This document shows positions 17,103 through 26,378 of a DNA stretch of 64,000 nt, in pieces. The position numbers and the translations under genes were made by a program. Position 1 is the stretch's first letter, and every line of letters starts with the position of its first letter. This stretch comes from a virus. Its lineage: Duplodnaviria; Heunggongvirae; Uroviricota; Caudoviricetes. The notes beneath the pieces were generated by a model, which was not told the DNA's origin, made no database searches, and saw nothing but the letters and a program-made list of their open reading frames with translations. Location: IMG/VR virus record IMGVR_UViG_3300045923_000005, positions 51,764-115,763 of that record; one strand, 5' to 3'.

Positions 17103-17536
17103 GGTATATTCCTTGGTCCAGTTATGATTCCTTTATTCCAAGGAATCCTACCTTTCATTCTTTCGCTATGAGCTTTGCGTGTTGCTTCGCTATGTTTATG
17201 ACCCTTGAAAGATCCAACAGGAGGTCTAGCTCCTCGTTCTTTCGATCTCAAACTTTGCAATGCTCGAACTTCTGGTCGTTTAGCAATCTGGTGTTCCAAG
17301 TGCCAGTCACTATTCTTCTTTCTAACTTCATCACGCTTAGCTACATTTTGTTCGCCTCGCATAGATGCTTTGAATTCTTCAGAGTGTTGGTGTCCAAGAT
17401 GACCTTTATCACCTGGTTTGAACGCATTCAAAGGCATGACTACTTTGATCAACTCTTCTTTAGAAGGTCGACCAATAGGGATATCCATTGAAGGATTCCA
17501 CTCCAAACCTAATACGTCGGCTAATTGTCGACTCAT
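17099..17536 (-). CDS. NUMOD3-repeat DNA-binding protein (homing-endonuclease-like, no catalytic domain seen)
   Basis: repeats GHLGHQHSEEFKASMRG / KGHKHSEATRKAHSERMKG (NUMOD3-like). N-terminus LADVLGLEWNP is shared with the paralogue at 33909..34301. Confidence 0.5.
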   Translation of the reverse strand: MSRQLADVLGLEWNPSMDIPIGRPSKEELIKVVMPLNAFKPGDKGHLGHQHSEEFKASMRGEQNVAKRDEVRKKNSDWHLEHQIAKRPEVRALQSLRSKERGARPPVGSFKGHKHSEATRKAHSERMKGRIPWNKGIITGPRNIP

Positions 17537-18006
17537 GCGTTATTCGTAACCGGCTTCGTAATATTCAAGGTCGTCCCATCAGGCCAAATGATGATCAGGC
17601 GTTTATTGCTTCCTGCTTTCAACACTTGCTTCTGTGCGTATCTAATCGTAGTCCAGGTGCCGGAGCGTAGCTCCTCATCTTTGCTTTTTGGCGTGGCAAA
17701 CATAACGTCTGACGCGTCGACGATATCATGGTTACGCTCTATATAGTCCTTCTCAGGAAGGATAATATCACCAACACAATTGGCTCGCTTCTTATCATTC
17801 AATGGCGGATGAATGGTGATGTGGAACTGAAATGTACAAGCCACTTTGTGTGCCTGCTCATCCGCTCCTACACAGTCTCCATGATGGAAAGATTCCAGTT
17901 GCGCTCCGCTCTTCTGAAGCATAGCGAACGCATGGGCGAGGGCATCCATCTGCCAGGTCGTCGCGCCTTCAGCCGTACCAGTGAACCCAATGGAGACTTT
18001 CTTCAT
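17533..18006 (-). CDS. hypothetical protein (157 aa)
   Basis: ORF immediately downstream of gene 55. GTATAATAG box 6 nt upstream of the ATG. Gly-rich N-terminal loop SIGFTGTAEG. Confidence 0.45.
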   Translation of the reverse strand: MKKVSIGFTGTAEGATTWQMDALAHAFAMLQKSGAQLESFHHGDCVGADEQAHKVACTFQFHITIHPPLNDKKRANCVGDIILPEKDYIERNHDIVDASDVMFATPKSKDEELRSGTWTTIRYAQKQVLKAGSNKRLIIIWPDGTTLNITKPVTNNA

Positions 18007-18039
18007 CCTTCTATTATACTCTGTTTTTTCTTAAGAGTA

Positions 18040-18765
18040 TTAGGCAGTGACCCGACGCTTCGTTGTGATGGCCTGTTTAATGACTGGCGCGACCGGTTCT
18101 TCAAAGAGCTTCTCTAACCCTTTCTTAACGGGGATCTTGGCAGCTGCTGTTGCGGCGGACTTGGCCTTAGCCCTTGCTTGGGCATCCTCATATTTGTCGA
18201 TGAACTCGGCAATGTTATCGTAGAGCTCGAACTGTTGCGCCCCGTCTTCACTATCCCCGGATTCAGCTTCATGGAGGATCCCGGCTTGCTGTGTGGCCTT
18301 GTACTTGACGTAGAGGTGCTTCTTCTCTTTCTGAACTCGTCTAACGAACGCATAGTAGATGATCTTGGTAAAATACGCAAAGGGATATTTGCTCCGCTTA
18401 GGATTGAAATTGTCGAAGTACATGATGCAGTTTTCGATGGCGTCACCGATCATTTCATCACGACATGGATAGTTGTGGAAGTTAGGCTTGTGAGCCAGAT
18501 TCTCGGCGATCAACAAAAGCTGCTTGCCTAGGATGTCTGGAATCTTTGGCTTGGGCTTCTTTGCCTTCTTGGCTTCCTTCTGATTGATCTTGTGCTGGAT
18601 GATGAGCGCAAGCATCTCGGCATTGTTGACGTAGTGTCCACTCTTGGCCTTCTTTTCGGCCGTGGACTTCGTAGAAGCCAACTCCTGAATGTACTTGCTC
18701 TTCTCTGTGATTGGTTTGACTGGAGTCGCTGCTTTCTTTTTTGCAGTCTTCTTTTTTGTTGCCAT
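18040..18765 (-). CDS. 55: late-transcription sigma factor gp55 with Lys-rich N-terminal extension
   Basis: HYVNNAEMLALIIQHK / LIAENLAHKPNFHNY / EMIGDAIENCIMYFDNF…YFTKIIYYAFVRRVQKEKK align with T4 gp55 NYVNNKELLQAIIDWK / LIAEGLSKRFNFSGY / EMIADGIEASIKGLHNF…NAFVQRIKKERK. Confidence 0.8.
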   Translation of the reverse strand: MATKKKTAKKKAATPVKPITEKSKYIQELASTKSTAEKKAKSGHYVNNAEMLALIIQHKINQKEAKKAKKPKPKIPDILGKQLLLIAENLAHKPNFHNYPCRDEMIGDAIENCIMYFDNFNPKRSKYPFAYFTKIIYYAFVRRVQKEKKHLYVKYKATQQAGILHEAESGDSEDGAQQFELYDNIAEFIDKYEDAQARAKAKSAATAAAKIPVKKGLEKLFEEPVAPVIKQAITTKRRVTA

Positions 18766-18769
18766 TATT

Positions 18770-19114
18770 CTATTTCCTCTCTAGATACTCCTTGGTGGCT
18801 TGAGCCAACTTCGGTGCGTCCTCGAATTTGTTTATCCACAGAACCTTAATTCGATATAATGTCTCAAATGCAGCATAAGTAACTCGTTGCCGAGTGTTCT
18901 TGTTGCGTAGTGTATTCTTTGGATGCTTACACTCTACCAACAGTTTCAATCGACCGTCTTTGTAGACTCCCAAATCTGCCCTAAATTTGGAACTTCTGTG
19001 TTCCGTAGAAGGCAAAGATATTTCTGATCTAACATCAATATCAAGTAACCGTAACTGATGGTAGACTTCACCTTGGACGTCCCCTTCAGAGTACGATGGA
19101 ATATCATGTATCAT
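18770..19114 (-). CDS. hypothetical protein (114 aa)
   Basis: ORF upstream of gene 55. Confidence 0.35.
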   Translation of the reverse strand: MIHDIPSYSEGDVQGEVYHQLRLLDIDVRSEISLPSTEHRSSKFRADLGVYKDGRLKLLVECKHPKNTLRNKNTRQRVTYAAFETLYRIKVLWINKFEDAPKLAQATKEYLERK

Positions 19115-19408
19115 TAATGTAACCTGTATGTCATTGCAGGGGACGAGGATTAGCCCATAGCTTCGCTAGGGAATCACTCGTTTGTCACCGCGCTCTTTTA
19201 GAGCGATCAGACTTGGGACTTCGTTGGCGCGTTATACGCGCTACAGAGTTGGCTCATCCCTATGAGTTGCCGATACCACTTTGCTGTGCCCGTCTAGTGG
19301 ATGCACTCAAACGCCGACCGTAGTTGCCCCGAAGCGTAAGAGTATTGCGTTGTATCTATTATCTAGTATATCAGCAAGGTTCAATTATACCGCGATGGAT
19401 TGTAAGAG
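19115..19408 (-). other. ~290-nt GC-rich non-coding region with multiple hairpins (candidate structured RNA or gene remnant)
   Basis: No ORF of 60 aa or more on either strand in an otherwise tightly packed genome. Hairpins CGCTCTtttaGAGCG and GCGCGttatACGCGC. Confidence 0.3.
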
Positions 19409-20986
19409 TCAACCCTTCAGTGGTATTGTGTAGTGAGATACCTTGAATTTTTCCTCAAGGTAGATTACCATTCTAGTGGCATAATGCTTAAGAGTATAGT
19501 TTGGCTTCTCTCCGGCCGGATCTAACCGGAAGTCATCTGCGATATCATAGAGTGTAGCTGTGGACTTGTCTTCAGAGAGACGAAGTGCCCGCCCAATACT
19601 TTGGAGTGTTCGCTTCTTTGATTTTGTGGGACTGGCAAAAATGACGTTATGGAGATTTCGGATATTGATTCCTGTAGAGAAGACTCCATAAGACGCAACA
19701 AGGATAGCATCAGTTTCGTTTTCTGTGATAGCTCTGATGGCTTCACGCTGATCTGTTTCTGTTCCACCGTGAATGAAGAATACTTTTCTATCACCTGCTT
19801 TCTCCAAAATCATATCATATAGTATCTGACCATGCTTCTCAACAAATTGGAAAAGCAATAGGGAATTGCCTTCAAGTGAGATAGCAAGATTACGAATGAA
19901 CCGGTTCCTTGGTTCAGAGCCGATTATATAGCTGACCTCCCCGAGGAAGCCTGCCTGTGCCTTTGATAGACCCTTCACCAACCAATGCTTGACTTCGGTC
20001 GCGACCTTGTCTCGTGTGCCTGGAGGATGTTTAAGGACCAAGGATTTGATCGCCAGCTGAGCGGAGTATCCACTGTCCATCATTTCCTTGGTGGAGATGG
20101 TCTTGGTGATAGGTCCAAACAAACCCTCAACCATAAGATTATTCACTAACTCTTCATCAGTGGTGCCGGTCGTTGCGAGCCGGTAAGGAGCATTGACACA
20201 GTTCTTCATAGTCTCACCGACGCACTTGGCCGCGAAGGTATGAGCCTCATCACCTATTACATAAGAGAAAGAGTGGAAGAATTCTTTTGGAAGATTATAC
20301 AGGGACTGCCACGTGCTGACCATCAGACGCGTAGAAGGAAGGAGGGATGCCGAGAAGCCTTGGTAAAGTTTCTGGACAGAACCCTCCACATCAAAACCGT
20401 TCGCGGAAGAGTAGTCCTTGAAGTCTCCTACCATTTGCTCTACGAGACTTGTAGTCGGGACGATCAATAAACCGGTGCGCGAAGGATCATCTTGTAAGAG
20501 ATAGCGCATGAAACAGTAGATTATGTAAGACTTACCAGAGGCAGTCGGACTGACGAGCATCAGTCGCTTGTAGCGGATACTCTTAGCAAACCCGATGACC
20601 TGATAGTCTCGCGCAGCGAGCGGCTCACCCTTACTGCGGATGTCTAGTGTCTGAATGAACTCTTCTGCCTCAAGGACAGAGAAGTTGTTCATCAGGATTA
20701 GGTTTGGATCATAGGCGACCGTATAGCCGCGCTCTTTGGCGAAGTCAAACAGATAGCGCAGCAAACCGGAGTAGAGATACTTGTTGCGCAGATTGAATAA
20801 TCTTATTTTTCCATCCCAATGTCTTTTCTTATATTGGGGACTAAATTGGGCATCAGGAACCTCAAATGTGAAGTACTCTGATAGCTCCTTTAGGACTGAA
20901 GGTTCACCGGTAACTTTGGTGTATACGTTGTTGACTTTCTCAGTCTGTAGGTCTGCCATTATTGCCCGCTGATGAACTTTTCCCAA
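19409..20986 (-). CDS. uvsW: UvsW-like SF2 DNA helicase
   Basis: motif I LVSPTASGKS, DEAH box VIGDEAHTF, motifs III-VI (TATTGTT… QSIGRALR); 525 aa versus T4 UvsW 503 aa. Confidence 0.85.
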   Translation of the reverse strand: MGKVHQRAIMADLQTEKVNNVYTKVTGEPSVLKELSEYFTFEVPDAQFSPQYKKRHWDGKIRLFNLRNKYLYSGLLRYLFDFAKERGYTVAYDPNLILMNNFSVLEAEEFIQTLDIRSKGEPLAARDYQVIGFAKSIRYKRLMLVSPTASGKSYIIYCFMRYLLQDDPSRTGLLIVPTTSLVEQMVGDFKDYSSANGFDVEGSVQKLYQGFSASLLPSTRLMVSTWQSLYNLPKEFFHSFSYVIGDEAHTFAAKCVGETMKNCVNAPYRLATTGTTDEELVNNLMVEGLFGPITKTISTKEMMDSGYSAQLAIKSLVLKHPPGTRDKVATEVKHWLVKGLSKAQAGFLGEVSYIIGSEPRNRFIRNLAISLEGNSLLLFQFVEKHGQILYDMILEKAGDRKVFFIHGGTETDQREAIRAITENETDAILVASYGVFSTGINIRNLHNVIFASPTKSKKRTLQSIGRALRLSEDKSTATLYDIADDFRLDPAGEKPNYTLKHYATRMVIYLEEKFKVSHYTIPLKG

Positions 20987-21402
20987 TCCATGAACGATTT
21001 TACTTGCCAGGTTCGCGCGCTCAGTTCCTTACACACACTCTGGCAGAAAGCAATCGCTTCCTCGTTATTGATTTTCTTTTGTTGGAGTTTGATCAAGTCA
21101 GGGTCTGCTTCCATATAGAGGTTCATGTCGGCTTTCAACAGGAATTTGAACTGCTGCCAGCCGAGTGCTGTTAACTGAGCCTGATCCATGCGGCCGGACA
21201 TCCAATCATACTTCAGCTTCTTCATCTGAATGTACTCGAAGTTCTTCATCTTCAAGGAAGCAGAGTGAGCGGCAATCTGTCCCGCATACTTCGCATGCAG
21301 CGTAGGAATGCGGAGCAGTTCCATCTGTGGGTCGGTTTTGTTGATGATGGAGTCTGCGTCAGACCACATCTCGATCAAATCTTCTAAGGGAATACACTTC
21401 AT
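20959..21402 (-). CDS. uvsY: UvsY-like recombination mediator
   Basis: 147 aa; PLEDLIEMW…LKYDWMSGRMD parallels T4 UvsY RLEDLQEEL…RLDYYSGRGD; overlaps the uvsW start. Confidence 0.55.
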   Translation of the reverse strand: MKCIPLEDLIEMWSDADSIINKTDPQMELLRIPTLHAKYAGQIAAHSASLKMKNFEYIQMKKLKYDWMSGRMDQAQLTALGWQQFKFLLKADMNLYMEADPDLIKLQQKKINNEEAIAFCQSVCKELSARTWQVKSFMDWEKFISGQ

Positions 21403-21440
21403 AGTGCTTCTATTATACCATAATCTATTGAAAGAGTCAA

Positions 21441-21971
21441 TTACACTGCGCGGACGATGTCGTAGTTCGTAAAGGCAAATGATGCATCAAACGTTAAGAC
21501 TTCAGTGGCAGGAGTCTTGGTGCTGAACTGGATTCCGGAAAGGCTCACAGGGAACACGTCCTTGAAATACAGATTCATAATCGGGTTGTTCTTGTTGGTG
21601 AATACCGTCAGCTGGCAATCACTGTACTGTGGCTTCTTGTTCTGGGTCTGGAGACGCTGTTGCATCCGTAGATTCTGGTACTGCTCAAAGTTCTCAGGGA
21701 AGGTGATTCCCTTCAACCAATCATTGACACTTGTCCAAGACCACATCGGTTCATCAAGCAAACAAGAAAGGTTCAGCTGCTCATATTGCATCTTGTCGGC
21801 AGGAACAGGTGCAGTAATGAACGGAGTTGGCTGCATTGCTGGACTCGTCATGATGCCAGGAGCATTGACGGTCTGCACAAAGAACTGAATGTAAGGTAAA
21901 CGAGAAAAGCTCAGGGCAAACTTATTACCCTGAGCTAGATTCTGGTCTGAAGGAGGAGCATTCACACCCAT
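21441..21971 (-). CDS. hypothetical protein (176 aa), possibly structural
   Basis: ORF in the late-gene block downstream of gene 23. Confidence 0.4.
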   Translation of the reverse strand: MGVNAPPSDQNLAQGNKFALSFSRLPYIQFFVQTVNAPGIMTSPAMQPTPFITAPVPADKMQYEQLNLSCLLDEPMWSWTSVNDWLKGITFPENFEQYQNLRMQQRLQTQNKKPQYSDCQLTVFTNKNNPIMNLYFKDVFPVSLSGIQFSTKTPATEVLTFDASFAFTNYDIVRAV

Positions 21972-21988
21972 AATATAGTTGCCTCAGA

Positions 21989-22654
21989 TTAAGATGGTAG
22001 AGCTACAATCTCAACCTTTGCGATGCTGATGCTGCTGTTGGCAACCTTGGCGGTTGATGCGCCAACACTAAAGGCACTACCTGGAGTATTGGCCATACCT
22101 GCGCCATATCCCTTAAAGGTCAATACAGGGTTGGTTACAACACTGTGAGAGATTGTCAACTTCTGGGCTGCAGTGCTATCGAATGTTGCCGTGTTGGCTT
22201 GATAGTTTGTGTTGCCTAGGACACCTGCTGGGTCAACGATCATGAAGTTCGCATGAGCACCAACATTCTGAGCGACCATGTAGAACGTGCCGTTCAACTT
22301 CAATGCTGGACCAACTGGGATAGATGGGCCTGGGTAAAGGTTTGGACCGAAGCCTGGGTTGCTGTTAGCCCAAGCAGAGACGTCATTGGCCAACTGTACA
22401 CCAGTCACTGCAGTTGCTTGAGAGTAAACAACGTTGTCAGTGGTGTTGCCGTTGGCACCAACACGGATGTTCAGGTTGTAAGCAGGACCGCCGACAGCGC
22501 CGAACAGAGATACTGTTACAATATGTCCGTTAGCCAAGTTGGCAGCATTGATAGGAAGAACGCCTGTGATCAGAGTTTCAACATTTGCGACTTGGATAAG
22601 CGCAGATACGTTACCACTGATGATTGTATTTGCACCGGTATTTGCTAGTGACAT
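21989..22654 (-). CDS. hypothetical Ala/Asn/Gly-rich protein (221 aa), probable virion/decoration protein
   Basis: Follows the gene-23 terminator; ATAAATAG late-promoter-like box and AGGAAG SD upstream. The composition resembles outer-capsid or fibre proteins. Confidence 0.45.
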   Translation of the reverse strand: MSLANTGANTIISGNVSALIQVANVETLITGVLPINAANLANGHIVTVSLFGAVGGPAYNLNIRVGANGNTTDNVVYSQATAVTGVQLANDVSAWANSNPGFGPNLYPGPSIPVGPALKLNGTFYMVAQNVGAHANFMIVDPAGVLGNTNYQANTATFDSTAAQKLTISHSVVTNPVLTFKGYGAGMANTPGSAFSVGASTAKVANSSISIAKVEIVALPS

Positions 22655-22714
22655 GGTTCTTCCTGATTAGATTGGGTCCGAATACTCTATTTATGTTTCG
22701 CTGAAAGTCTGTTC

Positions 22715-22746
22715 TCTATAAAAGAAAAGGGCCACCGAAGTGGCCC
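22715..22746 (-). terminator. rho-independent terminator after gene 23
   Basis: minus strand GGGCCACttcgGTGGCCC followed by TTTTCTTTT. Confidence 0.7.
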
Positions 22747-22777
22747 ATCTCTTGTTTGCTTCGTAGCAATCTGAATT

Positions 22778-24169
22778 TTACTTCAGACCGGTTACGATGA
22801 ACTTGCGGTAGTAGCAGTTGCTGTTTGCGGTGATAACACCCAACTGAGATACAGTGCCACCAGCGTATGGGTTTGCAACGATACCGTAACGTGTCTTGAA
22901 GCCGATCTTTGGCTGGAAGGTGTTAGGGTCGATTGCGCGAACCATCTGAAGTGGAACGTATGGACAGTAGAACAGGCCTGCGTCGTATGCCGTTGCGCCC
23001 TTGAATCCTACGACGACGAAGTCGGCGCCAGATACAGAGTATGGATCAACGTAGACCTTCAAGCGACCGAACAAGGTGCCGGCGAAGGTGTTACCCGTAT
23101 CGTCAACATTCAAGTTGGTGTTGTTGGTCAAAGCAGACTGGTAGTCCAGCATGCCAGACATTGCCAATGCAGATGCGATGTCGGTAGACACGATCAGCAT
23201 GTTGCCCTTGCCACGACGAGTGTCCTTGGCAATCTTGTTGGCTTCACGCTCGATCTGCATGATCAAGCTCTTGTAGGTTTCAACCTGCCAGCGGCCTGCG
23301 GTATCACCACCAGAGATTGCTAGGTTGTAGAAACCTGCATTCGTGGTGCCGAACTGAGCGCCGATGTTTGCCGTTGCATAGATCGTACGAACGACTTCAC
23401 GGTTGATTTCGGCCAAGATTTCAGTAGACAGAATGTTTGACAATTCTGTTTCTGCATCCAAACCATGGATTGCCTTAAGGTCCTGAGCAAGTTCCAAGGT
23501 GTAGTCAGACTTCAAACCACGAGTGTTTGCAGTGACGGTGACCTTTTCAATGCTGAAGCCCATTTGGTTCCAGGTGTTTGCACCACCCAAATCTTCGCCG
23601 ATACCGGTTGGGAAACCGTAACCAGTGTTGGCTAGACCGAAGGTCGTGCCGTTTGCTGGGTTACCAGTGGTGGTATTGTCGAATGGGGTGTTGATACCGT
23701 TACCAGAGTAAGCGGTGTTGGCTTCATTGTACAGAGCTTCCGTATCCGTTGCAACGTTAGATGCTACATTGCTGGTGTACTTAGAACGCATTGCGAAGAT
23801 CAGGCCAGTTGGGCCGGTCATTGGCTGAACGCCGCAGACATCGTATGCGATCAAGTTTGGAAGAGAACGACGAACCAAACTTACAAGGATTGGATCGAAA
23901 CCAGCGACTGGACCTGCTGGGTTTGCTGCGCCAGTGTAACCACCGGTGCCAACAGACATAGAAGGAGCAGTTTCAGACAGAACCGCTGGACGGTCGAAAC
24001 CATTACCAGCGCCGTCATCGCCGCGTGGAGTCTTGAATGCGCCTTCCTTCTCCTGGTTCTCAAGCAATACGCTAGCGATAGCGCGCTTGAATGGAGAAGT
24101 GATTGCGCCGAACTGAGCGTGGTCTAGGACCGGTGCCCACTTGTCTTGAAGTTTTTCTGATAGATACAT
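22778..24169 (-). CDS. 23: major capsid protein gp23
   Basis: LIAYDVCGVQPMTGPTGLIFAMR versus T4 LIAFDICGVQPMNSPTGQVFALR; YTLELAQDLKAIHGLDAETELSNILSTEILAEINREVV versus T4 YSIELAQDLRAVHGMDADAELSGILATEIMLEINREVV. Confidence 0.95.
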   Translation of the reverse strand: MYLSEKLQDKWAPVLDHAQFGAITSPFKRAIASVLLENQEKEGAFKTPRGDDGAGNGFDRPAVLSETAPSMSVGTGGYTGAANPAGPVAGFDPILVSLVRRSLPNLIAYDVCGVQPMTGPTGLIFAMRSKYTSNVASNVATDTEALYNEANTAYSGNGINTPFDNTTTGNPANGTTFGLANTGYGFPTGIGEDLGGANTWNQMGFSIEKVTVTANTRGLKSDYTLELAQDLKAIHGLDAETELSNILSTEILAEINREVVRTIYATANIGAQFGTTNAGFYNLAISGGDTAGRWQVETYKSLIMQIEREANKIAKDTRRGKGNMLIVSTDIASALAMSGMLDYQSALTNNTNLNVDDTGNTFAGTLFGRLKVYVDPYSVSGADFVVVGFKGATAYDAGLFYCPYVPLQMVRAIDPNTFQPKIGFKTRYGIVANPYAGGTVSQLGVITANSNCYYRKFIVTGLK

Positions 24170-24202
24170 TTCTGTGATCCCTTATTGTGTTGAGTTCAAA
24201 CC

Positions 24203-25384
24203 TTATCGAATACTGCGGGCAACTGCTGCTACCACTGGGTCAACCTGCTTTCCGGCTGGTTGGCTTGCTGGCTGCTCTTCGGTGCTCTCTACTAGAGCAA
24301 CTTGAGATGGCTTTGCTGCCGTTCCGTTCTTGACCTGACTGAAGTAGCTCTCGCGAATCACTTTCAGTTTCGTCTCATACTCACCTGCTGTGGTGAACTC
24401 AACACCCTCTGCGAGTGTCTTTACTTTTGCTGCTTGTGTAGCGGTCAAACCCTCACAAACCTTGCTAGTAACTTGTACTTTGGTAGCTTCGTTGATCTTC
24501 TTTGAAAGTTCAACATTGCTATTCATAGAGTTATTTAGTTTTTCCGTTAGTTCGGCAACCTCTGCAGACAAGCTTGCTACAACATCAACCTTCTCAGAAG
24601 GGATTTCGATGTAGTGCTCGGTGAACAGAGACTTCAAACCATTCAGGAAGTCTTCTACGATCTCAGCCTTTAGGCCGGACTCGATAGCGACAGTGTTTTC
24701 GCGCTTCCACTCTTCAACCATAGCGGTCAAATAAGTGTCTACGTTCTCTTCAAGCTCGGTCTTGATTTCCTCAACTGACTGCTCGGCAGCAGCTAGGATA
24801 TCAGCCTCAAGTTCTTCAACAACCATTACTGCCTTGGCAATGACGGCTGCTTCGAAAATCGTGGTTAGCTTGGTCGTGAATTCTGGAGAGAAGGTCTCAC
24901 CTGAAAGGATGGCGGTGACGTCTTCCTTACAGTCCTTAGACTTCATCTTTTCCTTCATCTTGGCGACCTTTTCAGCCTTGGCTTCTGCAATCTCTTCTGC
25001 AGTAAGCTCTACGTCCTCAGACGTTGGCTTCATATATTCTGCGCCGGTCAACTTACCGCCAGTGGCTGGCTTGTCACCGTTTAGTTCTTCTGGAGATACC
25101 AATTCGCGACCTTCTGTCTCACCAGGCTGTGATGGAAGCTTCTTGATGCCTTCCTTAGAGTCTGATGGTGGCTTGACGCCTGGAGGAGTTGCTTGTGGGC
25201 GAGCAGCGGCAGTTTCCTTACCGACTTCTCCACCCTGTGGGTCTTCAAGGGTTTGACCAGACAACTTGACTTCACCAGTTGACGCTGGCTGTGCAGTTTC
25301 ATGCTTCATTGGCTCTGAGTACGCACTGGCGCGAGACTTGTTCAGAACTTCTTGAGCAGCTTCAGATAGTGACTTGTGAGACAT
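24203..25384 (-). CDS. 22: prohead core scaffold protein gp22
   Basis: 393 aa, strongly acidic, predicted coiled coil, multiple L/I-x-E sites, positioned between gp21 and gp23 as in T4. Confidence 0.75.
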   Translation of the reverse strand: MSHKSLSEAAQEVLNKSRASAYSEPMKHETAQPASTGEVKLSGQTLEDPQGGEVGKETAAARPQATPPGVKPPSDSKEGIKKLPSQPGETEGRELVSPEELNGDKPATGGKLTGAEYMKPTSEDVELTAEEIAEAKAEKVAKMKEKMKSKDCKEDVTAILSGETFSPEFTTKLTTIFEAAVIAKAVMVVEELEADILAAAEQSVEEIKTELEENVDTYLTAMVEEWKRENTVAIESGLKAEIVEDFLNGLKSLFTEHYIEIPSEKVDVVASLSAEVAELTEKLNNSMNSNVELSKKINEATKVQVTSKVCEGLTATQAAKVKTLAEGVEFTTAGEYETKLKVIRESYFSQVKNGTAAKPSQVALVESTEEQPASQPAGKQVDPVVAAVARSIR

Positions 25385-25411
25385 AGTTGGGAAACTCCTT
25401 GATATAGTGAT

Positions 25412-25419
25412 TATTTATA
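25412..25419 (-). promoter_or_regulatory. T4-type late promoter TATAAATA upstream of gene 22
   Basis: minus strand gaatTATAAATAatcactatatcAAGGAGtttcccaactATG. Confidence 0.6.
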
Positions 25420-25437
25420 ATTCGGCGACTCTTGAAC

Positions 25438-26088
25438 TTACAGTTTGCCCAACATGGTTGAGAATATGTTCAAGGCCACTTCCTCAAGTTGCTTGCTCTT
25501 GGCTGATTCGATCAAACTCTTAGACTCGGCGACGTCTGCTTCCAAGAAGATAGATCCATTCCAGATCCACTCTTTTCCTTCCATGATACCATTGACGAAG
25601 GCATCTGGTGCTGATGGATCAGATACGATGTCACCGGCAGTAGCCAAGCGATAATCGTTCTGAACTACAGAACCACGTTGCGCGTCTTCTTTCAATGTTC
25701 CTAGACCGCGTGAAGAGACGCCGAACTTAACATCGTCATCAATTAGACGCTTTACAGTCTCACCGATTTGGGTGCTCAGGATCTTGGCACGACCGATCCA
25801 ATTGTTACCATCCTCGGTTAGAGAAAGGATCTTGTGAGATGCTCGGTCATAGTTGATAGTTGGAGTTGGAGGATGTCCAAGCTCACCAACGGCACGACCA
25901 GACTCAATCATCTCCTTGCGGTAACGATTGACTTCGCGCTCTAGAATGTTCTTTGGGTACCAGCGACGGTTGCGGTTCTTCAACTCAGATTGCAGCCAAA
26001 CTCCTTCGATGAAGTAATTACGGCCACCATTTGGTGCAGCTTCCACAAGGACAGCGTTATCCCAATTTGCTTCTCTAATCAGTTTCAT
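25438..26088 (-). CDS. 21: prohead protease gp21
   Basis: GELGHPPTP, GVSSRGLG, DPSAPDAF match T4 gp21 GELNHPPR, GVSSRGLG, GPSAPDAW. Confidence 0.9.
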   Translation of the reverse strand: MKLIREANWDNAVLVEAAPNGGRNYFIEGVWLQSELKNRNRRWYPKNILEREVNRYRKEMIESGRAVGELGHPPTPTINYDRASHKILSLTEDGNNWIGRAKILSTQIGETVKRLIDDDVKFGVSSRGLGTLKEDAQRGSVVQNDYRLATAGDIVSDPSAPDAFVNGIMEGKEWIWNGSIFLEADVAESKSLIESAKSKQLEEVALNIFSTMLGKL

Positions 26089-26090
26089 CT

Positions 26091-26369
26091 TTACAATCCT
26101 AGTGCGTGTCTACGACGCAAACTTCTACGTCTCTTTAACAGGCTACGGGCCAACTTGGCTCGGCGCTTAATCTTTCCCTTTCTGGCTCCACGTTTGCGGT
26201 GAAGCTTCTCAGTCGTGCTCATCCTGACCAAACGTCCACCACGCAATGTAAAACCTTTTACATTGCTGGTACGAACGTTGCGCTGAACCTTACCATTGCG
26301 GATGCGGACTTTAATCCTGCGAATCCTTGGTCCTTTATTTTCAGCCAGATGGTCAAGAAAGCTTTCCAT
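26091..26369 (-). CDS. highly basic 92-aa protein (Arg/Lys about 35%), candidate internal/DNA-binding protein
   Basis: …KRGARKGKIKRRAKLARSLLKRRRSLRRRH…; located in the head-assembly block. Confidence 0.45.
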   Translation of the reverse strand: MESFLDHLAENKGPRIRRIKVRIRNGKVQRNVRTSNVKGFTLRGGRLVRMSTTEKLHRKRGARKGKIKRRAKLARSLLKRRRSLRRRHALGL

Positions 26370-26378
26370 CGTTTACTC

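Noticed and set aside
19115-19408. Group I intron in the uvsW-proximal non-coding gap
   Set aside because: No conserved P/Q/R/S core elements (for example GTTCAGAGACTA/AAGATATAGTCC-like) could be found and the gap is not inside a coding sequence.
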